Below are positions 30,201 through 41,171 of a DNA stretch of 64,000 bases, piece by piece. The translations under genes were made by a program, and so were the position numbers. The stretch comes from Candidatus Heimdallarchaeota archaeon (GTDB taxonomy: Archaea > Asgardarchaeota > Heimdallarchaeia > Heimdallarchaeales > Heimdallarchaeaceae), in assembly GCA_019057815.1 (NCBI GenBank), contig JAHLWR010000012.1, positions 1 through 64,000 of the forward strand. The letters run 5' to 3'. The stretch's first letter is position 1. Each line of letters begins with the position of its first letter. The notes beneath the pieces are model-generated. The model was not told where the DNA came from, made no database searches, and saw only the letters and a list, made by a program, of their open reading frames with translations.

Positions 30201-31652
30201 TTGAGTAAAATGGATGATTTTATTGCCAAAGCAATAGAAAAGGCAGAACTTAAAGGAGCAAGTTTTGCAGAATGTCGTATTTTTGGATATGAAACAGATT
30301 CAACATCAATGCGCAATGGACAAATTGAAACTTGTGGAAGGTCTAAAAGTATAGGATATGGTGTTAGGGTAATTAAGAATGGTGCTTGGGGATTTGCTAG
30401 CACAGCAATTGTCGAAGAACATACTATTGAGGATATTGTTTCTTCTGCAATTAAAGAAGCTGAAGCAACGAGTAAGATTTTGAAGACCCCTGTTGAGCTT
30501 ACAGAAGAACCAATAATCAAGGACAAATATTTTACACCTTTTGTAAAAGATCCTTTTGATGTTGATATTGAGGAAAAAGTAGAGATACTTAAAAAAGCAG
30601 ATTCTATTATTGCGGAAAAGGGAGATGTAATTAAAGTTCGTAATAATTCTATGAATTTTGTTAAAACATACTTTGATTATGGTAATAGTGAAGGAACTTT
30701 AATTTCTCAACAAGAACTGTTTTCTGGATGTGATTCTGGTGCAACTGCAATTGCGAATGATAATCAGAGGAGAAATATAGGTCTCTATGAAATGAGAGGT
30801 TTTGAATTCATAGATATGTTTAATTTCGAAAAAACAGCTGAGCGAGTAGCTTCAGAAGCTGTTATTTTAGCAACTGAAGCAGTAGCCCCAAAACCTCAAA
30901 AAACTGCTTTCATACTCGAACCTTATCAATTAGGATTAACTATTCATGAATCGTGCGGTCATCCTTCAGAACTAGATCGAGTACTTGGCTGGGAAGCTGA
31001 CTTTGCAGGAACAAGTTTTCTAACTACAGATAAACTTGGTAAAAATTATAAGTACGGTTCGGAAAAAGTTAATATTGTTTGTGACCCTACTATGCCTTAT
31101 GTTCTTGGTCACGAAAAATATGACCATGAAGGGGTTAAAACACAGAGATTTCACGTAGTTAAAGAAGGTATTTTTAACGATTATCAAACAGATAGACAAA
31201 CAGCAAAACTAATAGGACAAAGTCACAGCAAAGGAAATGCGCGTATCGACCGTTACAATAGAATACCTTTGGTTAGAATGAGCAATCTCTACCTTGAAGC
31301 TGACCCAGAAGGTCCAAAAGATATAGATGAATTAATAGCAGAGACAAAAGAAGGAATCTATGGTCTACACTGGAAATCTCACAGTATTGACGATAAAAGA
31401 GTTAATTTCCAGTTTTCAGTACAAATAGCTTACGAAATTAAGAATGGAGAAATTGCACGTCCCCTTAAGAATACTATTTACCAAGCTACTACTCCCGAGT
31501 TTTGGGGCAGTTTGGATATGATGACTAAAGAATGGCGAATCGAAGGACTCGGACCTAGTTGCGGTAAGGGAGCACCTCATATGCAGATTATTTGGGTATC
31601 GCATGGCGGACCTTATGCCCGATTCCAAGGAGTGAATATCTTTTCAGGTTAG
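30201..31652 (+). CDS. tldD: TldD metalloprotease subunit
   Basis: GYGVRVIKNGAWGFAS, HESCGH zinc motif, RMSN, CGKG. Confidence 0.92.
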   Translation: MSKMDDFIAKAIEKAELKGASFAECRIFGYETDSTSMRNGQIETCGRSKSIGYGVRVIKNGAWGFASTAIVEEHTIEDIVSSAIKEAEATSKILKTPVELTEEPIIKDKYFTPFVKDPFDVDIEEKVEILKKADSIIAEKGDVIKVRNNSMNFVKTYFDYGNSEGTLISQQELFSGCDSGATAIANDNQRRNIGLYEMRGFEFIDMFNFEKTAERVASEAVILATEAVAPKPQKTAFILEPYQLGLTIHESCGHPSELDRVLGWEADFAGTSFLTTDKLGKNYKYGSEKVNIVCDPTMPYVLGHEKYDHEGVKTQRFHVVKEGIFNDYQTDRQTAKLIGQSHSKGNARIDRYNRIPLVRMSNLYLEADPEGPKDIDELIAETKEGIYGLHWKSHSIDDKRVNFQFSVQIAYEIKNGEIARPLKNTIYQATTPEFWGSLDMMTKEWRIEGLGPSCGKGAPHMQIIWVSHGGPYARFQGVNIFSG

Positions 31653-31664
31653 AGGTGATTAAAA

Positions 31665-33041
31665 ATGGTTTTAGAAAAACAAAAAGAACTGTTAATGGAA
31701 CTTTCTGAACTTGCGTTAAGAAGAGTAAAAGAATTAAGCTGTGAAGCAATAATAAACGCTAGTTTCGCTCGAGAATATGCGACTAGATTCTCGAATTCTG
31801 AAATTATGCAGAACTACATGGATTTACGAAGAACTATTGAAATTACAGTTGTCTACAATGATAAACAACGAGCTGGATCTATTACTAATGATTTGACTAA
31901 AGAAGGGATAATCAGTCTTACAGAATATTTAGCAAAGGTTGCAAAACTGGTTCCCCCCGATCCTATGTATCCAGGAATTGTTAAAGAAGAACAAAAATAT
32001 CCTTCATTAAAACTAAATGATCCAAAAGCTGCTTCTTTGGAACCTGTAGATATAGTCGACAAAGTTGAAGAAGCGATAGTTGCAGGTGAAGCGATAGATA
32101 AAAAGATTCACGGTGTATCAGGTAATCTACTTCTTGCTGATGGTTTTGATTACTTTATCTCATCTTCAGGACACGAATTAATTTATCCTACGACAAATAT
32201 AAGTACAACAATAAATATCGACGCTTTGGATCAAGGAGAAGAAAGTCGCTCAAACAGCACTTTTGGTTCAAGATTCCTCTCAAAGCTTGATATGGAAACT
32301 GAATCAAAGGAAGTAGCAAAGAGAGCTGTACAAGGCTTAGGTGCTAAATCTATTGAACCACGAGAGTATGAAGTTATTCTTGATCATCAAGCAGTTGGGA
32401 CTCTCTTATTTTTTGTTGGATATGCTACTTCATCACGTTTAGTTATCAATAGGGCAAGTTTTCTGACAGATAAAATAGGTCAACAAGTCTTTGATGAAAA
32501 ATTCACTCTAATGAATGACCCTCATAATCCCGAGCACCTTGCATCTAGACCAATAGATGATGAAGGTCTTGCAACTCAACGATTTTCAGTATTTGAGGAT
32601 GGTGTATTAAAGAATTACTCTTACTCACGTTTAGATGCTTCTAGAATGGGAGCTAAAGCTATGGGTACAGGATTCACTTTCATGGGTAATGCTATAGGTT
32701 TTCCATTTGCTGAGACTATGAAAGCAGGAGATATAGCTAAAGAGCAGATGATCTCTGACATCAAAGACGGATTGTTGATAACTAATCTTCATTACACAAA
32801 CTTCGTTAACCCTCCAGTTGGTTCAATAACAGGTATGTCTAAAGATGGTTTGTTTATAATAAAAGATGGAGAAATAGTTGGTTCTGCTAAAAATATGCGA
32901 TTTACAGATGAAATTCCGAGAATCCTAAAAGAAATAGAAATTGGAAAAGAATTAAGGCAACCTGGCGGAATGATGGGTGGAAATATAGTTGCGCCTTTGA
33001 AAATAAAGAACTTCCGTTTCACAAGCCAAACTCAACACTAA
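31665..33041 (+). CDS. pmbA: TldE/PmbA subunit
   Basis: Paired with tldD; TRFSNSEI.QN, DDEG, no HExxH. Confidence 0.85.
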   Translation: MVLEKQKELLMELSELALRRVKELSCEAIINASFAREYATRFSNSEIMQNYMDLRRTIEITVVYNDKQRAGSITNDLTKEGIISLTEYLAKVAKLVPPDPMYPGIVKEEQKYPSLKLNDPKAASLEPVDIVDKVEEAIVAGEAIDKKIHGVSGNLLLADGFDYFISSSGHELIYPTTNISTTINIDALDQGEESRSNSTFGSRFLSKLDMETESKEVAKRAVQGLGAKSIEPREYEVILDHQAVGTLLFFVGYATSSRLVINRASFLTDKIGQQVFDEKFTLMNDPHNPEHLASRPIDDEGLATQRFSVFEDGVLKNYSYSRLDASRMGAKAMGTGFTFMGNAIGFPFAETMKAGDIAKEQMISDIKDGLLITNLHYTNFVNPPVGSITGMSKDGLFIIKDGEIVGSAKNMRFTDEIPRILKEIEIGKELRQPGGMMGGNIVAPLKIKNFRFTSQTQH

Positions 33042-33204
33042 TTTTCTTTCTTTTGTTAATTTATAGCAACAAAGTCATGAATCCTTAATTATTTTTAATA
33101 TTCTTACTTTCTAATACCCATTGTTGCATTTTTTCTGATTCTATTTCTGAAAAAAGTATCAGTCCTTCAGACACAATCAACAAGACCCTATATAAACGCT
33201 AAAA

Positions 33205-34800
33205 ATGTTCAATAAAGCTTATTATAAGGATAAGATAGATTGTTTACTAATGACCTTAATCAATGAGACAGTTGTCATGGATTTTTATCTGAATCTTATA
33301 AAAGAAGACAAAATAAACTTCCTTATTGGAAAAGAAGAAGGAAAGAGACTAGTTATAGAAAAGATTTCCAATTTGGAAAAGAGTGAAGATATTCACGATA
33401 AAATACAGATTGCTAAAGATTTATGGAAGATACTTTTTGAAGTAGCAATGGAATATATAGATCCTGATAAGCAAGGTTATGACAATCTTTTTGCGTATTT
33501 TGATGAGTTTGTGAAGTTTGAAGAACTGATTTTCGCTTCAGACTCTTTTTACAGAGACCATACTCTTCACTCTCTCTGGGTGTATTTCCTAGGGGAGTAC
33601 TTTCACAAACGACCTGAATTTGACTATCTCTTCCAAAACCTCAATAGGCATCTGAAGGTTTCTGCTTTCATCTATCACTATTATCAACAATTAGAAGCTC
33701 CAAGTATTTTTGGAGAACTATGCAATTTGCTATCTAGAGTAGCAGAAGTTTTAGAATATGAAGACTCAACAAGATGTATTATAGCTCTTTGTCACGATCT
33801 AGGGTATCCTATTAAGAAAATAGCAAAGATTAACAAAGCTATGGGTAAGGTCCTTCCATATTTCTCTATCTCTAAATTTGGTGAATTTGATTTTCAATAT
33901 GAAACAGTTCAGCAGTTCTATATTGAAAACTTTCTAAACATTCTTTCTTTTGATATAAGCTTCGTCATAGAATATGGAGATTTCAGTTATGAAGAAAGGC
34001 AGTCAGTACAAAATTTAATTGATTTATTAAATAGCATCTCCGCTGATCTCTTCAATCTTCAAGATCCAAATGAAGAAGAGTTTCTAAAGCTGAAATCTTT
34101 GTTGAAGGAAACAACTGACAAGGAGAAAGATATCCTTCGAAGGATTTATACAATTAAAGGGTCTATGCCGAAAAATCTCTCAACCACTTTGAGATATTCT
34201 AATGATTTTGAGCATTATGCTCATGGAATTATGAGTTCATATCTTCTAATGAAGACTCTTAAATCTTTTTCAAATTTACCTATCACTTTTAGCAAGATTG
34301 ATGATATAGAGACAGATAACCTCAATATAGCCTCAGTAAATTCAAAGATGATTATTCTAAAGGCTATGGCAGATCATACTAGCCAAGAGTTTCAAATAGA
34401 AGATCTCACAAGAAATTCTGAAGTTCTAATTTTAATTGATGAGATAGAAGAATTTTCTAGAATTTCAAGAGCTGATCAATACAGACAGTTTGTTAATGAG
34501 TTTTGCAAAACAGATTTCGGTGTTAAAGATGGAGTGTTAAACATTGATTTCATTTTCGATGATGAAAATGTTGTAGGATTAGATCCTGAAATAACCTTCA
34601 AGGATAAATGCAGTAGATTTACAACAGTATTTAACACTAGGAACTTAGCAGAGCATCTTAAAATACGTTTTCGTAGTATTGGAAAATTGCCGCAAAACAA
34701 AAATGTCTACGAGCTTTTTATTGCAAGAGGAGAAGTAAAAATAAAAATTAATGATGAAGAAAAAGATTTAGCAGAGTATTTGAAAACCAAAGATGTTTAA
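33205..34800 (+). CDS. HD-superfamily-like hypothetical protein
   Basis: YRDHTLH, CHDLGYP, HGIMS, LIDEIEE. Confidence 0.7.
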   Translation: MFNKAYYKDKIDCLLMTLINETVVMDFYLNLIKEDKINFLIGKEEGKRLVIEKISNLEKSEDIHDKIQIAKDLWKILFEVAMEYIDPDKQGYDNLFAYFDEFVKFEELIFASDSFYRDHTLHSLWVYFLGEYFHKRPEFDYLFQNLNRHLKVSAFIYHYYQQLEAPSIFGELCNLLSRVAEVLEYEDSTRCIIALCHDLGYPIKKIAKINKAMGKVLPYFSISKFGEFDFQYETVQQFYIENFLNILSFDISFVIEYGDFSYEERQSVQNLIDLLNSISADLFNLQDPNEEEFLKLKSLLKETTDKEKDILRRIYTIKGSMPKNLSTTLRYSNDFEHYAHGIMSSYLLMKTLKSFSNLPITFSKIDDIETDNLNIASVNSKMIILKAMADHTSQEFQIEDLTRNSEVLILIDEIEEFSRISRADQYRQFVNEFCKTDFGVKDGVLNIDFIFDDENVVGLDPEITFKDKCSRFTTVFNTRNLAEHLKIRFRSIGKLPQNKNVYELFIARGEVKIKINDEEKDLAEYLKTKDV

Positions 34801-34906
34801 AGCAAGGCATTATTTCTCCGTCTAATTGAAATACAGCTGTATCTGTTGATGTATAAGGACAACTTCGTTCTGAAAAAGCTTGTATAATTTCTGGGAGATA
34901 AAAATC
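34786..34906 (-). repeat. Diverged 121-bp copy of an internal segment of the radical SAM gene (36398-36518)
   Basis: Ungapped alignment with ~18 mismatches; encodes YLPEIIQAFSERSCPY..TDTA..DGEIMPCFK. Confidence 0.9.
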
Positions 34907-35005
34907 ACTTATCATTTTTCTTTTCTTCTCTTTTCTTTTAGAAAATTTAAACCTCTTTTTTTAAATCAAATAAGTTGGTGCCATATTTCATTTTTTTGTA
35001 GTTAT

Positions 35006-35818
35006 CTATAGTCTTATGAACTTTTTACTGCCACAGTTTGTACACCCTATTGTTGAGCATTTAGAACAGGTGAATTTTCCACATTTTGAGCATTTTGAAC
35101 TTGCAGTGTTTCTACAATTCAAGCATTTTTTAGTGGTTAACTTAATTCGAATTTTATTCAATCCATATATAGCAGCAACAGATGCTCCCAAGCTTGCAAT
35201 AACTTTTAGTGCAGTTAGAAAACCTTTTCCTGCTGGTGAAGAATTAGTAGGGTCTTCTGTTTCTTCAACCATTAACTCTTCTATTTTCGCTTTCATAACA
35301 GGCCAAGTTTCTTCTGCACTAAAACCCACTCCACTCCAATAAATTTCTCTTTTTTGATCGATTATATAAAAAGAAGGAATAGATCCAGTTCCGTAAGCAT
35401 TATCTATTACGCCATCGGGATCTAAGCTGACTATCCAGTCCATTTCCGAATCCTGTCGAAATTGAGTTACTTGTGCTTGTGTTTCACTATTGTCTGTATC
35501 TATTGAAATAATTTGAAATAACTCACTCTGATACTTTAAGTGTAATTGTCTTAGATAGGGTAAAGCTACTGCACAAGGCGAACACCACGTTGCGAATAAA
35601 TCAAGAACAACTACCTTTCCAAGGAAACTACTAAGAGTATAAGAGATACCAGAATCAACATCTGTTACTGCAAAATTGGTTGCTACTTCTTTAAATATAT
35701 ACATCTCTGGGGTTAATATATTCTCTGTGAACGATTCTGTCTGTATTGAGTTGTATGAACTAAGAAATAATGGTAAGAGTATTACAATAAATAGAACGAA
35801 GGTTTCTTTCTTTACCAT
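35006..35818 (-). CDS. TlpA-like thiol-disulfide oxidoreductase with TM and C-terminal Cys-rich zinc finger
   Basis: GKVVVLDLFATWCSPC; C-terminal four CxxC pairs. Confidence 0.85.
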   Translation of the reverse strand: MVKKETFVLFIVILLPLFLSSYNSIQTESFTENILTPEMYIFKEVATNFAVTDVDSGISYTLSSFLGKVVVLDLFATWCSPCAVALPYLRQLHLKYQSELFQIISIDTDNSETQAQVTQFRQDSEMDWIVSLDPDGVIDNAYGTGSIPSFYIIDQKREIYWSGVGFSAEETWPVMKAKIEELMVEETEDPTNSSPAGKGFLTALKVIASLGASVAAIYGLNKIRIKLTTKKCLNCRNTASSKCSKCGKFTCSKCSTIGCTNCGSKKFIRL

Positions 35819-36116
35819 AATTTAGGTAGATATTAGGTATTATTTCAATATTGCTTAAGAAAGAAGAGCAAGAGAACAAAAAAAATGGTTAAGAAAATTT
35901 ATGCATACATTTGTGTTATTTGATTCTCTATGCAACAGCAGGTTTAGCTGGAATAGGTATTGGAACATTCTACTTCTTTAAAGCACGTAAAATGAAAGTA
36001 GCTTAATCCTTCCTCTTTTCTCCCTTTTTTTAATTTAAAGCAACAAAATAATCAAGTCAACTAATCATTCTGTATTAACCTGTTGATGTTGAAAAATAGC
36101 TTTATGGAAATTACTT

Positions 36117-37442
36117 CTACAACGGACATCTCGTTAAATTTAAGCTATAAGGGCATTCTGCACAGAAGGGTTCATTTCCCCAGCAATCTGAAGTATCTTC
36201 AATAACATAGAAACAGTTGCTACTAGAGAAAGAACAATTCCCACAGAAAGGAATGTTCTTGTTCATATCAACCATTTTGCTTCTAAATTGCTTATATCTC
36301 TTATCATTCCAAATTTCCATAAATGGTTTTTCATTAATATTTCCAAAAGAAAAAGATGACGATTCCCTTTTGTGTAAGCTTAGATGATAAGAATGATACC
36401 ATAGATATTTGAAGCAAGGCATCACTTCTCCATCTGAACGAATAATAGCTGTATCTGTAGATACATAAGGACAACTTCGTTCTGAAAAAGTTGGTATAAT
36501 TTCTGGGAGATAAAGATCCATACTATATTCTTTTGCAACTTTTTTACATCCCTTAAAGATTTCTCCTAGATTATGCAAAGAAGCGATTCTGCTTTTTTCA
36601 TTCATGTATAGAGGTATGTTTAAAAGAACGTTTTTTTCTTTAGCTCTTTTAAGTAATTCTTTATATTTGATAGTATAAGGTCTGTCTTTTGGTTTGATAT
36701 TCTCCTTTATCTTATATTGATTTTTGTATTCAATCTGCATTCTCTCTCCAAATTGCTCTTGAGTATATCCTAGAATGATATCCCAACCATCTTCACCTAT
36801 CTCTTCAAGAATGGGAAGTGCTTCCTTAGTAATCATAGTGTAAAGAATTTCATCTTTTAACTCATCAGTGTAAGGAAACAAATGACTTACGGAGACAAAA
36901 TCAACGCCTAATTCTCCAGAATTCTGAACTAATTTTATTAGCTGATTAGCATTTGATTTAAAAACTACAGTCTCTATACTAACTCTGAATTGATGCCTTA
37001 GAGGATGCTCTAGAAGATATTTTATATTATCTACAACATTTTTTTCATCTAAACTATGTCCGATTCTTGTTTCTTGGGAATGGAATAGTGTTTCACATGA
37101 AAAACCGATTTCATCAACTAACCTTTTATCCATGATTACATCTAGTGTTTTCTGATTCAGCAGAGACCCATTTGTAGTGATAAATATCTTAGCTTCCTCA
37201 GGCATATGAGCACGAGCTATTTCGAGAAGTTTGATAAATTGAGGATGCATCAAAGGCTCTCCCATTCCGTAGAGTACCAGTCTATTAATTTCACTAAAGA
37301 CTGCTTTAGCTAGGTTTTCAAAATTTTTCAAAGAAAAAAAAGTCCTTTCTTTATCCTTCCACATTGAATGTAAACACATTGAACAGGAGTAATTGCATGA
37401 ATTCGTAGGTTCAATTTGGATTATCTTAGGGAAGCTAGTCAT
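36117..37442 (-). CDS. Radical SAM/SPASM protein, tungsten-cofactor oxidoreductase maturase type
   Basis: CNYSCSMC, GMGEPL, SPASM Cys cluster with DCWGNEPFCAEC; divergent from AOR; start may extend to 37508. Confidence 0.85.
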   Translation of the reverse strand: MTSFPKIIQIEPTNSCNYSCSMCLHSMWKDKERTFFSLKNFENLAKAVFSEINRLVLYGMGEPLMHPQFIKLLEIARAHMPEEAKIFITTNGSLLNQKTLDVIMDKRLVDEIGFSCETLFHSQETRIGHSLDEKNVVDNIKYLLEHPLRHQFRVSIETVVFKSNANQLIKLVQNSGELGVDFVSVSHLFPYTDELKDEILYTMITKEALPILEEIGEDGWDIILGYTQEQFGERMQIEYKNQYKIKENIKPKDRPYTIKYKELLKRAKEKNVLLNIPLYMNEKSRIASLHNLGEIFKGCKKVAKEYSMDLYLPEIIPTFSERSCPYVSTDTAIIRSDGEVMPCFKYLWYHSYHLSLHKRESSSFSFGNINEKPFMEIWNDKRYKQFRSKMVDMNKNIPFCGNCSFSSSNCFYVIEDTSDCWGNEPFCAECPYSLNLTRCPL

Positions 37443-37616
37443 TAATATCACAAGAATGTGAAAAGAGAATATATACCTTTTTGATTTACCAGAATATATG
37501 ATCATCAAAAATGAAGTAATTAGTTTATCAAATAAAAATAGCTCTTAATTACAGCTTGATTTGTAACAAACTTTTTATTTTTCAATGAAATTTATTAAAT
37601 AATACACAAAAAAAAA

Positions 37617-39458
37617 GTGATTATTATGAATTTTGGATATATGAATAAATGGCTAAAAATTAATCTAACTACAAGGGAAATAAAAGATTTCACTATCCCT
37701 GAAGAAACTTTACGAAAATATCTTGGAGGAAAGGGAATCGCGGTCTATTTCCTGTGGAAACATGGTAAGAAGCTTGAAGAAAAAGGTATAGATTTGAAAG
37801 AATTGGATGCACTTTCACCAGAAAATATGCTTATCTTCGCAACAGGACCTGCTACTGGAACAAAATCACCAAACAGTGGTCGTCATCATGTTATGGCTCT
37901 AAAATCACCTTTTACAGGATCAATAGGTTCTGGAAATACTGGTGGAAAATGGGGTGCTAAGCTTAAATTTACTGGTTATGACGGTGTTATTATTACTGGA
38001 AAATCAGAGAAACAAGTCTATTTGTCAATAATAGATGGAAAAGCTGAGCTTCATGATGCTGAAAAAATATGGGGAAAGAACTCCGTTGAAACATCAGAAT
38101 GGTTACGAAACGAACATAATCAATCAAAAGCTGGTGTGTCTTGTATTGGACCAGGAGGAGAAAACCTTGTTCCAATGGCAGTAATAATGAACGAAGAGCA
38201 CAGAGCTGCAGGTCGAACAGGACTAGGGGCTGTTATGGGATCAAAGAATTTTAAAGCTATAATCGTCGAAGGAAATGAAAAACCAAAAATCGCTAAACCT
38301 GAAGAATTCGAAGCTAAAGTTAAAGAACATGTTGAGAAACTAAAAGAAAATGGCGTAACAGGTCAAGGATTACCAACATACGGTACAGCTGTTTTAGTTA
38401 ATATTGTTAACCAAAGTGGGCTATTTCCGACAAATAACTGGCAAAAAGGTGTTGACCCAGATGCTGAAAAAATTTCTGGTGAAACTTTGACAGAAAAGTA
38501 TTTGATTGGCAAGAATCCTTGTTGGGGATGCGTTGTTGCTTGTGGTCGAAAAACAAAAGTTGATTCTGGAAAATACAAGATTGATTATACTGAAGGACCA
38601 GAATACGAATCTATTTGGGCTCTTGGAGCTACAACAGGAATCAATGACATGGGTGCAGTTATCAAAGCGAATGATAATTGTGATATCTATGGTATTGATC
38701 CAATAAGCACTGGTTCTACAATCGCTGCAGCAATGGAACTCTATGAGAAAGGCAAAATCCCCGATGAAGATATTAAAGGACTGGATCTTAAATTTGGCAA
38801 TGCTGACGCAGTAGTTGAACTATCAAGGATGACAGCTTTCAGAGAAGGATTAGGATATTGGATTGGTGAAGGATCAAAGAAATTATGTGAACATTACGGA
38901 GCACCAGACTTATCTATGCAAGTTAAAGGTTTAGAAATGCCTGCCTATGATCCTCGTGGAGCAAAAGGAATCGGATTAAACTATGCAACAGCTAATAGAG
39001 GAGGTTGCCATGTGACAGGGTACACCATTGCAGCGGAAATATTAGGAGATGTTGATAGATTTACTACAGAGGGTAAAGCTGGTCTTACAATAACTTTCCA
39101 AGATTTCACATGCATTGTAAATTCAGCAGTAAATTGTCTATTCTTGACATTTGCACTAGGTTTAGATGAATATGCTGAGATTATCGGTCCAGTAACAGGA
39201 TGGGATGTAACAGCAGAAGAACTACTGAAAACAGGAGAACGAATTACAAACTTAGAACGAATGATTATTAACAAATTCGGTATAACTGGTAAAGATGATA
39301 CTTTACCAAAGAGACTACTAGAAGAGAAAATGCCTGAAGGACCTTCTGAAGGGCAAACAGTCGACTTAGAAACTATGAAGCAAGAATATTACAAACTTCG
39401 AGGATGGGTAGACGGAATACCTACAGCAGAAAAGATAAAAGAACTAGGTTTAGATTAA
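37617..39458 (+). CDS. aor: Tungsten aldehyde:ferredoxin oxidoreductase
   Basis: YLGGKG, KSP.TG, AGRTGLGAVMGSKN.KAI, CWGCVVAC, GPEYE, YDPRG. Confidence 0.95.
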   Translation: MIIMNFGYMNKWLKINLTTREIKDFTIPEETLRKYLGGKGIAVYFLWKHGKKLEEKGIDLKELDALSPENMLIFATGPATGTKSPNSGRHHVMALKSPFTGSIGSGNTGGKWGAKLKFTGYDGVIITGKSEKQVYLSIIDGKAELHDAEKIWGKNSVETSEWLRNEHNQSKAGVSCIGPGGENLVPMAVIMNEEHRAAGRTGLGAVMGSKNFKAIIVEGNEKPKIAKPEEFEAKVKEHVEKLKENGVTGQGLPTYGTAVLVNIVNQSGLFPTNNWQKGVDPDAEKISGETLTEKYLIGKNPCWGCVVACGRKTKVDSGKYKIDYTEGPEYESIWALGATTGINDMGAVIKANDNCDIYGIDPISTGSTIAAAMELYEKGKIPDEDIKGLDLKFGNADAVVELSRMTAFREGLGYWIGEGSKKLCEHYGAPDLSMQVKGLEMPAYDPRGAKGIGLNYATANRGGCHVTGYTIAAEILGDVDRFTTEGKAGLTITFQDFTCIVNSAVNCLFLTFALGLDEYAEIIGPVTGWDVTAEELLKTGERITNLERMIINKFGITGKDDTLPKRLLEEKMPEGPSEGQTVDLETMKQEYYKLRGWVDGIPTAEKIKELGLD

Positions 39459-39533
39459 AAACTTTTTTCCTATTTTTTCTCTTTTTTTCTTCTTAATATA
39501 CATTAAATTAAAAACTAGGAATGAGAACGTAAA

Positions 39534-39779
39534 TTGATGAAACTATATGTTAAAGTATTTGCGTCTTTAAGACAAAAGTATCCTGATATTAATGATTTTA
39601 ATCCATTGATAATTGATATTGAAAAAGGCACTAAAATTATAGATATAATAGAACTACTAGATTTTACTACAGATGAAGTTCACTTAATTCTTCTTAATGG
39701 AATCAAAGCATCTATAGACACTTCGATTGAAGGGGATGAGAGTATCTTATCCCTCTTTCCACCAATCGGAGGAGGATAA
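39534..39779 (+). CDS. moaD: MoaD/ThiS-family sulfur carrier
   Basis: VKVFASLR...LFPPIGGG C-terminus, next to aor. Confidence 0.88.
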   Translation: MMKLYVKVFASLRQKYPDINDFNPLIIDIEKGTKIIDIIELLDFTTDEVHLILLNGIKASIDTSIEGDESILSLFPPIGGG

Positions 39780-39821
39780 TCAACTGATTACCCAAGTTTA
39801 TCCAATTTCCCTCTTTTTACT

Positions 39822-40649
39822 TTAAGTTTCAACAAGATACGTCAATGAAATTTTCTTTTTAATCATTTTCGAAAAGAACTTGACAAATAATCCTGAAAGA
39901 CCTTTTGTGAGTGTTCGTAAAAGAATTCTGTTTTTCAATCCAGGCACAAAAATAGTCTTATCTTTTTTCAAAGCTTTGAGTGATAACTCAGCAACTTTAT
40001 CTGCAGTCATCCACATTCGCTTTGGGATAGTTGCTCGCTTAAAACCTTTTAACTCTTCAGAATTGTAAAATCCTGTGTCTACATATCCTGGACATAAAAC
40101 TTGGATTTTAACACCTGTGTTTCTTAATTCAGCTTGTAAGGCTTCTGAAAAAGTAATTGTAAAAACCTTTGTTGCATTGTATACCACATTTCCGAGTAGA
40201 GGTATTAATGCACTCATTGAGGAGACATTGATAATGAATCCTTTCTTTCTTTCAACCATTTTCGGAATTGCTACACGACAGAGGGTGAAGCAAGCTGTTA
40301 TATGAACATTGATCATTTCTTGTTGTTTATCTAATTCATTTCGAGTAAAATGACCACTTAAACCAAATCCAGCATTATTAATCAAAATTTCGAGATTATC
40401 TATTTTTGATACATAATCTTTCAGATTGTTAAGTTCTGACTGATTTGAAAGGTTAACTACTCTTATTTCAACTTCTTGGAGATATTCGTTTGATAACTCC
40501 TTAGATAAATCTTCTAATTTCTCTTTGTCTTTGTCTATCAGAACAAGATCGTATCCTTGGGATGCCAGATGTTTGGCAAAAGCTCTACCAACACCACTAG
40601 CAGCTCCTGTTATTAGTGATTTAGGATGGTTACTCAAATCCATACACAT
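39822..40649 (-). CDS. Short-chain dehydrogenase/reductase
   Basis: TGAASGVG, NNAGFG, YNATK. Confidence 0.93.
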   Translation of the reverse strand: MCMDLSNHPKSLITGAASGVGRAFAKHLASQGYDLVLIDKDKEKLEDLSKELSNEYLQEVEIRVVNLSNQSELNNLKDYVSKIDNLEILINNAGFGLSGHFTRNELDKQQEMINVHITACFTLCRVAIPKMVERKKGFIINVSSMSALIPLLGNVVYNATKVFTITFSEALQAELRNTGVKIQVLCPGYVDTGFYNSEELKGFKRATIPKRMWMTADKVAELSLKALKKDKTIFVPGLKNRILLRTLTKGLSGLFVKFFSKMIKKKISLTYLVET

Positions 40650-40880
40650 TGCCTTATTCTTTAGAAATATATCGTTATTTAAGGATTTTATCGTTGAATA
40701 AAATTTAAAATCATATTAATATAATATAATAAATGCAATAATGAAACTTTTCAATATGTTGAAAAATAAGTTATTTATATCATTCAGCTCCATAATTATT
40801 TACTACAACCCATTTTGTCACAAAATACTTATAATAGAAATTTATAACGCGATTAGAATAAATATATTAAGGTAAAATTC

Positions 40881-41171
40881 ATGGTTTTTGAATTAGAAGC
40901 AGAGGAGATTATCCAGTTATTTTTCTGCAGTTCTGTTTTTCTTATTATTCTATTCAAATATAAAGATATTAAGTCCTTTCCTTCTTTCAAAATCATTTTT
41001 TCATGTTACTGTTTTCTTGTACTTGGAGTGTTTTTTGATGTACTTGAATCTTATTTTTTTCCGGATATTTTTAACATAATTCAGCATATATCCTATGCTA
41101 TAATGAGTCTCTTATTTTTAATCTGGGCAATTACTGTTCTATTGATCACTAAAAAGGAGGATATGAAATGA
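40881..41171 (+). CDS. Small 3-TM membrane protein coupled to the kinase
   Basis: Hydrophobic 96-aa ORF with ATGA overlap onto the next gene; resembles the kinase N-terminal TM region. Confidence 0.7.
   Translation: MVFELEAEEIIQLFFCSSVFLIILFKYKDIKSFPSFKIIFSCYCFLVLGVFFDVLESYFFPDIFNIIQHISYAIMSLLFLIWAITVLLITKKEDMK

Noticed and set aside
34786-34906. DGR TR/VR pair with 36398-36518
   Set aside because: Mismatches involve all bases rather than adenines only, and no RT is present.
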